Source: Candidatus Bathyarchaeota archaeon B24-2 (GTDB lineage: Archaea > Thermoproteota > Bathyarchaeia > Bathyarchaeales > B24-2). From it: DNA of 39,694 nt. Shown in pieces: positions 17,674-26,400 of the stretch. Position 1 is the first letter of the stretch, and each line of letters opens with the position of its first letter. A program made the position numbers and the translations under genes. The DNA is taken from the NCBI GenBank assembly GCA_002490245.1, contig PCNA01000001.1:1-39694 (forward strand). The letters run 5' to 3'. Under the pieces are notes generated by a model that was given only the letters and a program-made list of their open reading frames with translations, searched no databases and was not told where the DNA came from.

Positions 17674-17937
17674 ATGGGGATGGAGCTGAACCTCCTAACG
17701 GTCGGGTTGATCCTAGTCTTCCTAGGGTTTGCTCTCGCTTTCATCTCGGTGCTCGTTATGTCGTTTGGTGGATTGAGGAGGGGTAAAAAGGCGAAGGGTG
17801 GTGGAATAGTGATGATAGGCCCTATCCCCATAATCTTCGGAACCGATAAGGAGAGTTTAAAGGTTCTTATGGTCCTCGGGATAGTGTTAACCGTTATACT
17901 CTTTGTATTCATGTTTGTTCTGAGTAGACTTCTGTGA
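17674..17937 (+). CDS. Small membrane protein (DUF131/TIGR00304-like)
   Basis: 87-aa ORF with two hydrophobic segments flanking GGGIVMIGPIPIIFGTD. The family assignment is from memory of the IGPIPI motif. Confidence 0.55.
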   Translation: MGMELNLLTVGLILVFLGFALAFISVLVMSFGGLRRGKKAKGGGIVMIGPIPIIFGTDKESLKVLMVLGIVLTVILFVFMFVLSRLL

Positions 17938-17954
17938 TTAGGGAGGGAACGCTC

Positions 17955-18386
17955 ATGCCCGTTTGTGAAGTATGCGGTGAAAGACCCGCAAAGTATGTTT
18001 GTCAAAACTGTGGAAGATTGGTCTGCGAGAGTTGCGTTGCTCCTGAAGGTTTACTCTGCCCAGAATGTTCGACGTTGCTCGATAGAAGGGAAGAGATAGA
18101 GGATTCTCAGTTTAACGTTTTTTCCGGCTTCCTGAACCCTATAAACCTCTTCTTCATGAGCGTCCTACTCATTTTCATCGGTTTCTTCTGTATCATGTTA
18201 GGTAGCATAACCGGCGGAAGACTAGAGGGGTTAGGCGCGATTATAATGATAGGGCCCATCCCGATCATAGTTGGGGCAGGCCCCCTCTCGACGGAAGTGA
18301 TCCTTATAGGGGTTGTAGTTACGATAATCGCTGTGATATTGTTCGTGTTGTCTCTCTATGAGCGCAGGCGGTCCTTGTCTTCCTGA
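17955..18386 (+). CDS. Zinc-ribbon (8-Cys) domain fused to a DUF131-like membrane domain
   Basis: MPVCEVCGERPAKYVCQNCGRLVCESCVAPEGLLCPEC, then TM segments flanking GAIIMIGPIPIIVGAG, a paralogue of the upstream ORF. The ATG at 17955 is preceded by GGGAGGGA. The track start at 17934 is less likely. Confidence 0.6.
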   Translation: MPVCEVCGERPAKYVCQNCGRLVCESCVAPEGLLCPECSTLLDRREEIEDSQFNVFSGFLNPINLFFMSVLLIFIGFFCIMLGSITGGRLEGLGAIIMIGPIPIIVGAGPLSTEVILIGVVVTIIAVILFVLSLYERRRSLSS

Positions 18387-18389
18387 GGC

Positions 18390-18497
18390 TTATTTCTCCT
18401 TTTCTATGGCCATGAACACGAATATCAATATTAAAGTTAACAGAGCGATTGCCTGAATAAAGCCGACGAGTGTGTCGAAGTATGTTCCCAACTCCAT
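18390..18497 (-). CDS. Possible 35-aa single-pass membrane micro-protein
   Basis: Own translation: MELGTYFDTLVGFIQAIALLTLILIFVFMAIEKEK. No homology is recognised. Support is only the hydrophobic core and a weak purine-rich stretch upstream. Confidence 0.25.
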   Translation of the reverse strand: MELGTYFDTLVGFIQAIALLTLILIFVFMAIEKEK

Positions 18498-18544
18498 CTC
18501 TGAGTTCCCTCTCAACTTAACCTTCTAAGATTAGGATTTGATAT

Positions 18545-18940
18545 TTAAGAAGTTTGTTTCTTCCAGTCTTCTAAGAGGAAATCGTAGAGTGAGTCTTCCT
18601 CCTCGATCAGGTCGAACTCCCCTGTGGTTTCGGCGATCCAGCAGGCGATCAAATGGTAGCATAGCGAGGCCTCATCGTTCATGATCCTATAGTAATAGTC
18701 GTCGCATGAACAGAAACTCACCTTCGGTAAGACTATATATTCGCGTTTCTTGCCCACCACTATCCAGATAACCCTTCCACTCGGTTTAAAAACGTACTTC
18801 TTGACTTTTCTTTTCTTGACCGCCTCCAACGCCCTCGAGAATCTATCCTCGTCGCTTAACATCGCGTTCAATATATCTTCAGGAAACCCTTTATCACGCA
18901 GTTTCCTACAGACTTCCTTAAGCTCTGAGGCTCTGTCCAC
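18545..18940 (-). CDS. SWIM zinc-finger domain protein
   Basis: 131-aa ORF with CSCDDYYYRIMNDEASLCYH (CxCxnCxH SWIM signature). Confidence 0.7.
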   Translation of the reverse strand: MDRASELKEVCRKLRDKGFPEDILNAMLSDEDRFSRALEAVKKRKVKKYVFKPSGRVIWIVVGKKREYIVLPKVSFCSCDDYYYRIMNDEASLCYHLIACWIAETTGEFDLIEEEDSLYDFLLEDWKKQTS

Positions 18941-18985
18941 CTACTTACACTTCCTTGCCGTATTCTGTTTAAGCCACCTACACGT

Positions 18986-19849
18986 TCAATAGTTTAAACT
19001 TCGAAGTTGTTTAACTTTGCCTAGAAAAGTCCCGTCGAGGAGATAAGCCTCCGCGTTCATGATATCCACACAGCCTGAACGGAGTATAGGCCCTATGAAT
19101 GCACCAGACCTCCCTTTATCACCGTTCTCCTCCAAGTTTATCGGGATCCCTCCAAGGACCTCGTTAAACGAAGGAAGTACGATCAAGGAGGAGGATTTAA
19201 CCTCGAGGTCGAAGGTCTCCTGAAAGAAGCGCTTTAAATCCCCTTCGACCTTTATGCCTAAATGTTTAAGCACCGATTCACCGAGCTTCTCTCCGTCACA
19301 CTCGGCTTTAATCCAGACCTGCCTATTTATCCTTAATCCTGAAGGGTCTCGGAAAGAAATTATGGGGTGAATATGACCTATGATGAGGTGTTTACAACCT
19401 AAAAGCTTTGGGTCTGGCCAGCTATGACCGTGAAACAGTCCTATCTCATCCCAGAGGGTAATTCCTGTTACAGGAGCTTGAGTAACCCCCTCTGGGAGTA
19501 ACAAAGATAGGTTTCCGTCATGATTTCCTGGAACAACTATGATTTCGTTTACCTTCTTCTTTAAAGCCTCGAGGAATTCTGGTATGTCCCTCCACTCCTC
19601 GATCTCTACCCCTGAGACTGTATGTTTCAAGTCGCCTAAGATTATCAAGCTATCTGGTTTAGCTATTTTGATTAACGTAAGGGTCTTCTTTAGGAGTCTC
19701 TTCATCTGTGTGGGGAAGTGGAATCCCTCTCGATTTAGGGAGATCTCCCAGCCTAAGTGTAAGTCTGAGATCACTATTACCCTTTCATATCCCCTAGTTA
19801 AAACTAGAGCTTGATAGGGTCTAAGTGGCCTAACGTCTATTTTACCCAT
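18986..19849 (-). CDS. Calcineurin-like metallophosphoesterase (archaeal SbcD/Mre11-related small phosphoesterase family)
   Basis: 287-aa ORF with ISDLHLG, GDLKH, PGNHD, GHSW and GHIHP metal-ligand motifs in the canonical order. Confidence 0.8.
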   Translation of the reverse strand: MGKIDVRPLRPYQALVLTRGYERVIVISDLHLGWEISLNREGFHFPTQMKRLLKKTLTLIKIAKPDSLIILGDLKHTVSGVEIEEWRDIPEFLEALKKKVNEIIVVPGNHDGNLSLLLPEGVTQAPVTGITLWDEIGLFHGHSWPDPKLLGCKHLIIGHIHPIISFRDPSGLRINRQVWIKAECDGEKLGESVLKHLGIKVEGDLKRFFQETFDLEVKSSSLIVLPSFNEVLGGIPINLEENGDKGRSGAFIGPILRSGCVDIMNAEAYLLDGTFLGKVKQLRSLNY

Positions 19850-19925
19850 AGGTTAGATCAAGGTTATGGAGGGGGATGAAGTTTTCCTTGAAAGCGAAAA
19901 ATAAGTGTGTCTGCTAAAAGCAGAA

Positions 19926-20576
19926 TCACGCTTTCTGCGCTATCATCTCCTTACATTTCTGGACTCCTTGTACAGCGTCTACGGCGAAAGCGTCAGCTCC
20001 TATCTTCGAAGCGAACTCCTCCGTTATCGGTGCTCCTCCGACGATAACCTTAACTTTATCTCTTATGCTCGCCTCTTTCAGCGCTTTTATAACGTTTTCC
20101 ATCTCCACCATGGTGGTTGTGAGCAGAGCTGATAAAGCTAGTATGTCAGCGTTCGTTTCCTTCACTTTCTCCACGAACCTCTGAGCGTCGACGTCTACCC
20201 CTAAATCGTGAACCTCGAAACCAGACGACTTTAAGAGTGTTATCACGATGTTCTTTCCGATGTCGTGTAGGTCTCCCTTGACGGTGCCTATAACCACCAC
20301 TCCCTTTCTACCTACAGGAGTTGCTTTAAGATGTGGTTCCAAGACCTCCATGCCCGTCTTCATAACCTCTCCGGCCATGATGAGTTCTGCTAGAAAATAC
20401 TCTTTCTTCTCATATTTCTTGCCTACGATCTCCATACCCTTTGCCATACCCTTAGTCACTATATCTAACGCTGGGATCCCCGCCTCTAAGGCTTGGTTTA
20501 CAAGGTTCTTTATGTTGTCTATGTCGAATTCGACTATCGCTTTGCTTATCTTCTCCAAAATTTCCTCCTTACCCAT
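19926..20576 (-). CDS. Corrinoid (cobalamin)-binding protein, MtaC/MtbC-like
   Basis: 216-aa ORF with an N-terminal helical cap and a Rossmann-like B12-binding domain carrying GTVKGDLHDIGKNIV (DxHxxG). Confidence 0.8.
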   Translation of the reverse strand: MGKEEILEKISKAIVEFDIDNIKNLVNQALEAGIPALDIVTKGMAKGMEIVGKKYEKKEYFLAELIMAGEVMKTGMEVLEPHLKATPVGRKGVVVIGTVKGDLHDIGKNIVITLLKSSGFEVHDLGVDVDAQRFVEKVKETNADILALSALLTTTMVEMENVIKALKEASIRDKVKVIVGGAPITEEFASKIGADAFAVDAVQGVQKCKEMIAQKA

Positions 20577-20705
20577 TCCACCACACCATTAACTATTCTT
20601 TCATCATAGTCTCTAAGGATTTCCCTCAAACTTAACTTCAAGTATACATTTCGTATAAGAATATTTCCCCTTTTCTCTCCGTTCAAGTTTTAGGGGTACC
20701 TTCTC

Positions 20706-21788
20706 CTACTTGAGTCCCATGTAAGATAGCAGTCCCTTGAAATCGACGTGTTCTTTAACCAACTCTTTAGCTAAGTTTATTCTCTTAGTGTCTCCAGCCT
20801 TTATTTTGCCTGAGATCTCTTGAACCTTCTGTACGGTTGTATATGTGTCGTAAGAAACCAAGATAATCGGTATTCCTCTCTCCTTAGCTTTAGCCAGTAC
20901 CCTGACTTCCGGATATAGATTTCCCGTTAATATTATCGCCGACGTGTCAGTTTCCATAGCTGCGAGAGCGATATCCGGTCTGTCTCCTCCGGTTATAACT
21001 GCTTTCCTCGGATATCTTCTGAAGTAGCTTATAGCGCTTTCCGGCCTCATGGCTCCGACGAGAAAGCCTTCGACCATGTTAGATAGGTTCTCTTCACCCA
21101 CCAGCACCTCTCCGCTTAAGACCTCGACTAACTCACTCACCGTCGGAGCCGTTATCATGGAGTTATAAGGTATAAGCCCCCAGACATGTAGGTTCCTCTT
21201 CTTCAAGAGCGGTATGACTAACCTCTTTATCCTCTCCTCAGATTCTCTTCTTATGCTGTTGAAGACTACTCCGGCATACTTCACTCCTTCGAGCTTTGAA
21301 TAGTGAGCTTTACACAGGATTTCGTCTAGAGCTTCGTCTTTACAGGTTGATGATATGAAAAGAATGTGAGATTGAAGCATATTCACGACCTTCGTGGCCG
21401 AGAGGCCGATCGACCATCCTAGGCAAGGTTCGTGAAGAGACTCTATTATTATTAAGTCTTTATCTCTCGATATCTCAGAGTAACACTCTTTCAACTTTTT
21501 CAGAAGGCTTTGACAATCCACTTCAAGGCAGGTCTCAAGATATCTATAATCGAGGTTTATGGGGTTTAAAATCTCCGGTTCCTCTTTAAGCTTCAACGCG
21601 TACTTCATGAGGAGGGAGTCGCTGTCGATAAACCGGTTGCCCTTCTTTACGTTTCCTCGTCCGATCGGCTTGAAGTACCCCACTTTTAGGCCGAGATCCA
21701 TGAAGTTTAAAGCCAGACCTAAACATAAGGCTGTTTTCCCGACAGAATCTTTCGAAGCAGAAGCTACATACAAACTCGGAACGTTCAA
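20706..21788 (-). CDS. Pta N-terminal-like protein (BioD-like P-loop domain plus DRTGG domain)
   Basis: 360-aa ORF. N-terminal SASKDSVGKTALCLGLA P-loop-like segment and C-terminal VITGGDRPDIALAA...AIILTGN typical of DRTGG domains. There is no phosphotransacetylase catalytic domain. Confidence 0.65.
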   Translation of the reverse strand: MNVPSLYVASASKDSVGKTALCLGLALNFMDLGLKVGYFKPIGRGNVKKGNRFIDSDSLLMKYALKLKEEPEILNPINLDYRYLETCLEVDCQSLLKKLKECYSEISRDKDLIIIESLHEPCLGWSIGLSATKVVNMLQSHILFISSTCKDEALDEILCKAHYSKLEGVKYAGVVFNSIRRESEERIKRLVIPLLKKRNLHVWGLIPYNSMITAPTVSELVEVLSGEVLVGEENLSNMVEGFLVGAMRPESAISYFRRYPRKAVITGGDRPDIALAAMETDTSAIILTGNLYPEVRVLAKAKERGIPIILVSYDTYTTVQKVQEISGKIKAGDTKRINLAKELVKEHVDFKGLLSYMGLK

Positions 21789-21791
21789 CTT

Positions 21792-23951
21792 TCATTCACT
21801 TCCGATAGTCATCTTCACGTCTAGAGCTATAGCTCCTTTACCACGCTCATATACGAATATCGGGTTTATATCTATTTCATTTATCTCCTCGAAATCCATA
21901 GAGAGTTGCGATATCCTCAAGATTATGTCGACCACAGAGTCTATGTCTGAGCTAGTTTCCCCGCGTATACCGCGAAGCAAAGCGTATGCTTTGGTTTCTA
22001 AGATCATCTGGTAGGCTTCCTCCCGTGAGATGGGGGCTAGACGGAAAGATACGTCCTTAATCAGATTCACATATATTCCTCCAAGCCCGAACATTATTAA
22101 GGGGCCGAACTGTAGGTCTCTATGCATCCCGACTATCACTTCTCTACCTTGAGGCACCATCTTCTGGATCTCGACGCCGAAGACCCTAGCGTCAGGCATG
22201 AATATCGAGGCGTTCCTTATTATCTCGTTAAAGGCTAACTCTACCTCCCTGTCCGACTTGAGGTTTAATTTAACGCCTCCGATATCTGTTTTATGTAATA
22301 TCTGGGGGGAGACGACCTTCATTACGACGGGATAGCCTATCTTACGGGAGATCTCGACCGCTTGTCTTCTATCTTGGGCTAACCCATATTCTGGAACCGG
22401 TATGCCATAAGCTTTAACTACCTCTCTAGCCTCCACACTTAAGAGGTTGACCCTCCTCTCCCTTCTAACCCTGTCGAAGATCTCCCTAACGTCGCTTTTC
22501 CTCACCTTAAACTTAGGGATCTCTTGGATTCGTTCGCTTCTAAGGTACTCCCCATACTCTATCATTCCTGCAAGCGTATCCGCGGCTCTCTCGGGATACT
22601 CGAAGTTCGGTATACCTGCTCGAGCTAACAACTCTACGGCTTCTCTTACACTTTCTCCACCCATAAACACTGGTAAGATGGGTTTATTCGGGAACTTGGA
22701 GCGCATCTCTATTATCTTCTTAGCGGTTTCTAAGGGTTGGGTCATCGCTTGAGGAGTTAAAATCACTATGACAGCGTCCACGGAGTAGTCCTTCAGTAAG
22801 GTCTCGAGGGCAAACGCATACCTATCTGCCAAGGCGTCTCCTAGAACGTCGACCGGGTTTATCCAAGAAGCCTCCACCGGAAGTTTGCTTCTCAATCTCT
22901 CTATGGTCGTTGGGGATAGCCATGCAAGGTTCAGGTTACGCTTCGATACTGCGTCCGCCGCTACTATGCTAGGTCCACCAGCGTTCGTTAATATCGCGAT
23001 GTTTCGTCCTTCGGGTGTAGGTTGTGAAGCGAGGGTTAACCCCAAGTTAAACAGATCCTCCAGCGAGTCGACGGTTAATACCCCGCTTCTCCTGAAAGCC
23101 TCTCTGTACGCCACCATACTTCCGGCCATAGACCCTGTGTGAGAGGCGGCTGCTCTAGCTCCGGCGGCGGAGGCGCCGGCCTTGAATACTATTATAGGCT
23201 TTATTTTAGATACCTTTGGAGCCACTTCTAGAAAGCGTTTCCCGTCCTTTATCCCCTCGATATAGATGAGAATCGCCTTAGTGTTCTTATCGTTTGCTAG
23301 CAACTCGATAAAGTCTGTCTCGTCGGTATCCGCCATATTACCAAGACTGATCAAGTTGCTGAACCCTATGTTCTCTCTTTCAGCCCAATCTAAGATGGCT
23401 GTGCATAATGCCCCACTCTGAGAGAAGAAGGCTATATGGCCTTTGATCGGATTCTGCTTCGCAAATGAAGCGTTTATTGGGGTAGAAGTATTTATCAAGC
23501 CTAAGCAGTTAGGACCTAGCATCCTCATTCCGTACTTTCTGCAGATTTCGAGTAGACGCTTTTCCCTCTCAGCACCCTCCACTCCGACCTCCTTAAACCC
23601 GGCTGAAACGACTATGAGACATTTAACACCTTTTTCTCCTGCCTCCTCGGCGACTTGAGGAACTATCTTAGCCGGAACGGCGATTATCGCCAAGTCTACC
23701 TCATCCTCAACCTCGCCTATCTTCTTATAACATTTTAAGTCGAGGATCTTATCGGCTTTAGGGTTCACCGGATAGATCTGCCCTGGATACCCTGACCTTA
23801 TAAGGTTCCTAACGATCTCATGTCCCACCGCTCCAGGAGTCCTAGAAGCACCTATAACCGCGACGGACTTAGGTCTAAGAAACTTTTCGAGTATACTTAA
23901 CCTGTCCTTCTCGTATTTGCTATATAATCGGGGTTTCATGATTTCTTCCAC
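21792..23951 (-). CDS. acd: ADP-forming acetyl-CoA synthetase (acetate--CoA ligase), fused alpha-beta form
   Basis: 719-aa ORF. It has a CoA-binding domain (SVAVIGASRTPGAVGH), a succinyl-CoA-synthetase-like flavodoxin domain with the SHTGSMAG phosphohistidine segment, and a C-terminal ATP-grasp domain. The start may be the internal Met at 23939. Confidence 0.85.
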   Translation of the reverse strand: MEEIMKPRLYSKYEKDRLSILEKFLRPKSVAVIGASRTPGAVGHEIVRNLIRSGYPGQIYPVNPKADKILDLKCYKKIGEVEDEVDLAIIAVPAKIVPQVAEEAGEKGVKCLIVVSAGFKEVGVEGAEREKRLLEICRKYGMRMLGPNCLGLINTSTPINASFAKQNPIKGHIAFFSQSGALCTAILDWAERENIGFSNLISLGNMADTDETDFIELLANDKNTKAILIYIEGIKDGKRFLEVAPKVSKIKPIIVFKAGASAAGARAAASHTGSMAGSMVAYREAFRRSGVLTVDSLEDLFNLGLTLASQPTPEGRNIAILTNAGGPSIVAADAVSKRNLNLAWLSPTTIERLRSKLPVEASWINPVDVLGDALADRYAFALETLLKDYSVDAVIVILTPQAMTQPLETAKKIIEMRSKFPNKPILPVFMGGESVREAVELLARAGIPNFEYPERAADTLAGMIEYGEYLRSERIQEIPKFKVRKSDVREIFDRVRRERRVNLLSVEAREVVKAYGIPVPEYGLAQDRRQAVEISRKIGYPVVMKVVSPQILHKTDIGGVKLNLKSDREVELAFNEIIRNASIFMPDARVFGVEIQKMVPQGREVIVGMHRDLQFGPLIMFGLGGIYVNLIKDVSFRLAPISREEAYQMILETKAYALLRGIRGETSSDIDSVVDIILRISQLSMDFEEINEIDINPIFVYERGKGAIALDVKMTIGSE

Positions 23952-24049
23952 CGGTCAGATAGAATCTCCTTTTGAGTTCAACCCTCTCCCTAATTTCCCA
24001 TAGCTTTCTTGGAGAAGATATTAGAGGCTAGCTTATTTTAAAGTTGGTT

Positions 24050-25853
24050 TCATCCACCAAAGATTTTGCGTCTAACGATCTCCAGATACTCGTTTAATGC
24101 TTTAACCTCCTCCTCTGAGAGGAGATCCCGCATCTTAGAGGTTAGAATCTTAGCGTGTTCTTGAGGAACCCTAACGTAGAGGGTCTCTCCCTCCCTTACA
24201 TGTCTGCCGACTATCGGTTTATGCATAGAGATCGCGACTTGCATTCCCGTGCTTGCTTCAGATATCGGTTTTCCTTTATCCTGGATCTGAGAGATTTCCC
24301 CTATATCCCGCCCTCTCTCTGTGATCAAGGGGACTCTCGGTTTAATAGATCCTGCTAGAACCTCCACGCCGAAGATCGCTGGTTTAGCCTTCCGAAACAC
24401 GTATCCCGGTAAGACTCTAATCTTCGCCGGCTTGATCAGCCTCCTGTACTCTTCCATCTTCCTTCTGTCTTGCTGCTCCTTAAACCAGTTAAGATAGTCC
24501 TCTAGGAGATGGTAGATTATGTTGCTTCTGAAGATTTTGACCCCTCTGTTGTTCGCCTCCAATTCGGCGTCTGGTAAAACTTTAACGTTGAACGCTAAGA
24601 TCACTCCGTAAAGAGGCTCACTCTCCTTGACGACTAAAGCCTCCATGACGTCTCTTTTCGAGACGTCTCCGACATCGGCTAGTCTGACAGGCACTTCATG
24701 ACGTCTTAAACTTTCGACTAATGCCTCCAAGGAACCCAGCGTATCGGTCTTTAACACTATTCCATCGATCTCCGTGGATATCTTGATCTTTTCGACCTCT
24801 TCGGTTACGGCCTTCACGTAATCTTCTAGATTCTCTCCCTCTGGGACAGAATATAATGGTGATCCTGCTAGGGCTTCCTCTAGATTTGGTGCGACTATCT
24901 TTACTCCAGCCGCTGCGCTCACAGACTCGACGTCCGTGAACTTGTCTCGTGGATCTCTTATCTCGTCAAGAGGCTTAGGGAGTAGGATCGCGCGGACTCT
25001 AGTGATTATAGGCTTTTCCTTACCTCCCAGTACTATAGTGTCCCCCTTCTTCAAGACTCCGTCGAAGAGTATCACGTTCACCGTCATCCCGAGTCCTGTT
25101 TCCTCCCTCACTTCGAGTATGGTTCCCTTCGCCGCGCCCTCGGTGACCTGAAGCTTACGTTCCAAGTATGCTTGGGTTAACCCTATAAGCACGCTTATAA
25201 GGTCAGGTATACCCTCACCTGTCTTAGCGCTTGTAGGTATCAAAGCTACGGTCTTCGTGAAGTCTCTTATCCTGTCGTACCGGTCAGACCTAAACCCGAG
25301 GACTGAGAAGGAACCCATTATCTCGTAGAGGCGGTTGTTCAGCTCCTCGACGACATACTTATCCTGCTTCTTTATGGAGAAGATGAAAGGTTCGTCTTCA
25401 TGAGGCTTCCATCCAGGTATCCTATCTATCTTATTCACGGCGACTAGGAAGGGGGTCTTCCTATCCCTCAATATATCTATACACTCGTAGGTCTGTGCCT
25501 CAAAACCCCTCAAAACGTCTATAACCAATATTGCTATGTCGGCTACGGCTCCCCCTCTACGCCTGAGGTTCGCGAAAGCCTCATGACCGGGAGTATCTAT
25601 AATCAGTAAACCTGGGATCCTAATCTTAAACTGTATGTCTTTCATAAGGGGCTTGGTAACCGCGATCAACGTATCTGTAGGGAAAAAACTGGCTCCTATA
25701 TGCTGTGTGATACCTCCGGCCTCACGGGCCTGAACGGTGCTCTTTCTAATCCTATCTAGTAGAAGGGTTTTTCCCGTGTCGATTGGCACCTAGCAGGTAT
25801 GCGCCTGCTAGGTTATGCCCCAACACGGCTACTATAGGCTGTCTTACGGGCAT
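24050..25853 (-). CDS. infB: Translation initiation factor aIF5B (IF-2), split: exon 1 25853-25814, 31-nt intervening sequence 25813-25783, exon 2 25782-24050 (spliced CDS 1773 nt, 590 aa)
   Basis: The track ORF (24050-25789) starts PIDTGKTLLLDRIRK...GGITQHIGA and therefore lacks the first half of the G1 motif. Upstream, in another frame, ATG 25853 encodes MPVRQPIVAVLGH. Removing 31 nt joins them as ...LGHIDTGKTLLLD. Confidence 0.8.
25783..25813 (-). other. Putative bulge-helix-bulge (BHB) intron within the infB coding sequence
   Basis: Minus-strand RNA: A-CCUAGCAGG-CGCAUA-CCUGCUAGG-UGCC-AA. The flanks form a 4-bp central helix GGCA/UGCC with 3-nt bulges UAA and AAU, and an outer helix GUGUUG/CGACAC (whole motif 25776-25826). 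Confidence 0.65.
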
Positions 25854-25974
25854 ATTCCGCTACCTCTTCCTCCCTATCTTCGGAGTTTCACCTCACACAG
25901 TTAAACCAATTAAAGGAGGAGCTTCCTTATTTAAAAAGTGTTTTTCTGTGAAATCGAAGGTGAAAAAACAGGTT

Positions 25975-26172
25975 CTAACCTTTTCCTTTCTCTTCCTTTC
26001 CGTAGTACTCGGTCCAGCGGATCTTCCTTGGGTCGCGTTTAAGCTCTAGCGAGCTTCTCCTGCATTTCCTCGAGCAGAACCAGAGTAGTACTCCATCGTT
26101 TCTGACGTACAGCATCCCTGTTCCAGGCTTTATTTCTCCACCGCAGAAAGCACACTTATAGGTCCTCGGCAC
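25975..26172 (-). CDS. rpl24e: 50S ribosomal protein L24e
   Basis: 65-aa ORF: CAFCGGEIKPGTGMLYVRNDGVLLWFCSRKCR, the zinc-ribbon eL24 signature. Confidence 0.9.
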   Translation of the reverse strand: MPRTYKCAFCGGEIKPGTGMLYVRNDGVLLWFCSRKCRRSSLELKRDPRKIRWTEYYGKEEKGKG

Positions 26173-26187
26173 TCACGGCCACCTCTC

Positions 26188-26400
26188 TCATTTGATCTTC
26201 TTAGCCTCCCTTTCAGTCTCTCTTAACATTAGTATGTCTCCTTCACGCACGGGACCCTTAACGTTGCGGGAGATTATGCGGCCTTTATCTCTTCCCGCGA
26301 GGATCCGGACCCTGACTTGGGTTATTTCACCCGTTACGCCGGTCCTTCCTATTATCTGGATGACCTCTGCTGGAGTAAGTTCCTCCGATGACTCGCTCAA
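26188..26400 (-). CDS. rps28e: 30S ribosomal protein S28e
   Basis: 70-aa ORF: [56 protein letters not shown]. Confidence 0.9.
   Translation of the reverse strand: MSESSEELTPAEVIQIIGRTGVTGEITQVRVRILAGRDKGRIISRNVKGPVREGDILMLRETEREAKKIK

Noticed and set aside
17658-18005. 115-aa minus-strand ORF overlapping the first IGPIPII-motif gene
   Set aside because: It is antisense to a gene whose paralogue lies immediately downstream, and that conserved motif supports the plus-strand reading.
25783-26049. 88-aa plus-strand ORF spanning the infB intron, the infB promoter and the end of rpl24e
   Set aside because: It runs antisense through infB exon 1 and rpl24e and has no recognisable motif. The region is better explained by the split infB 5' end.
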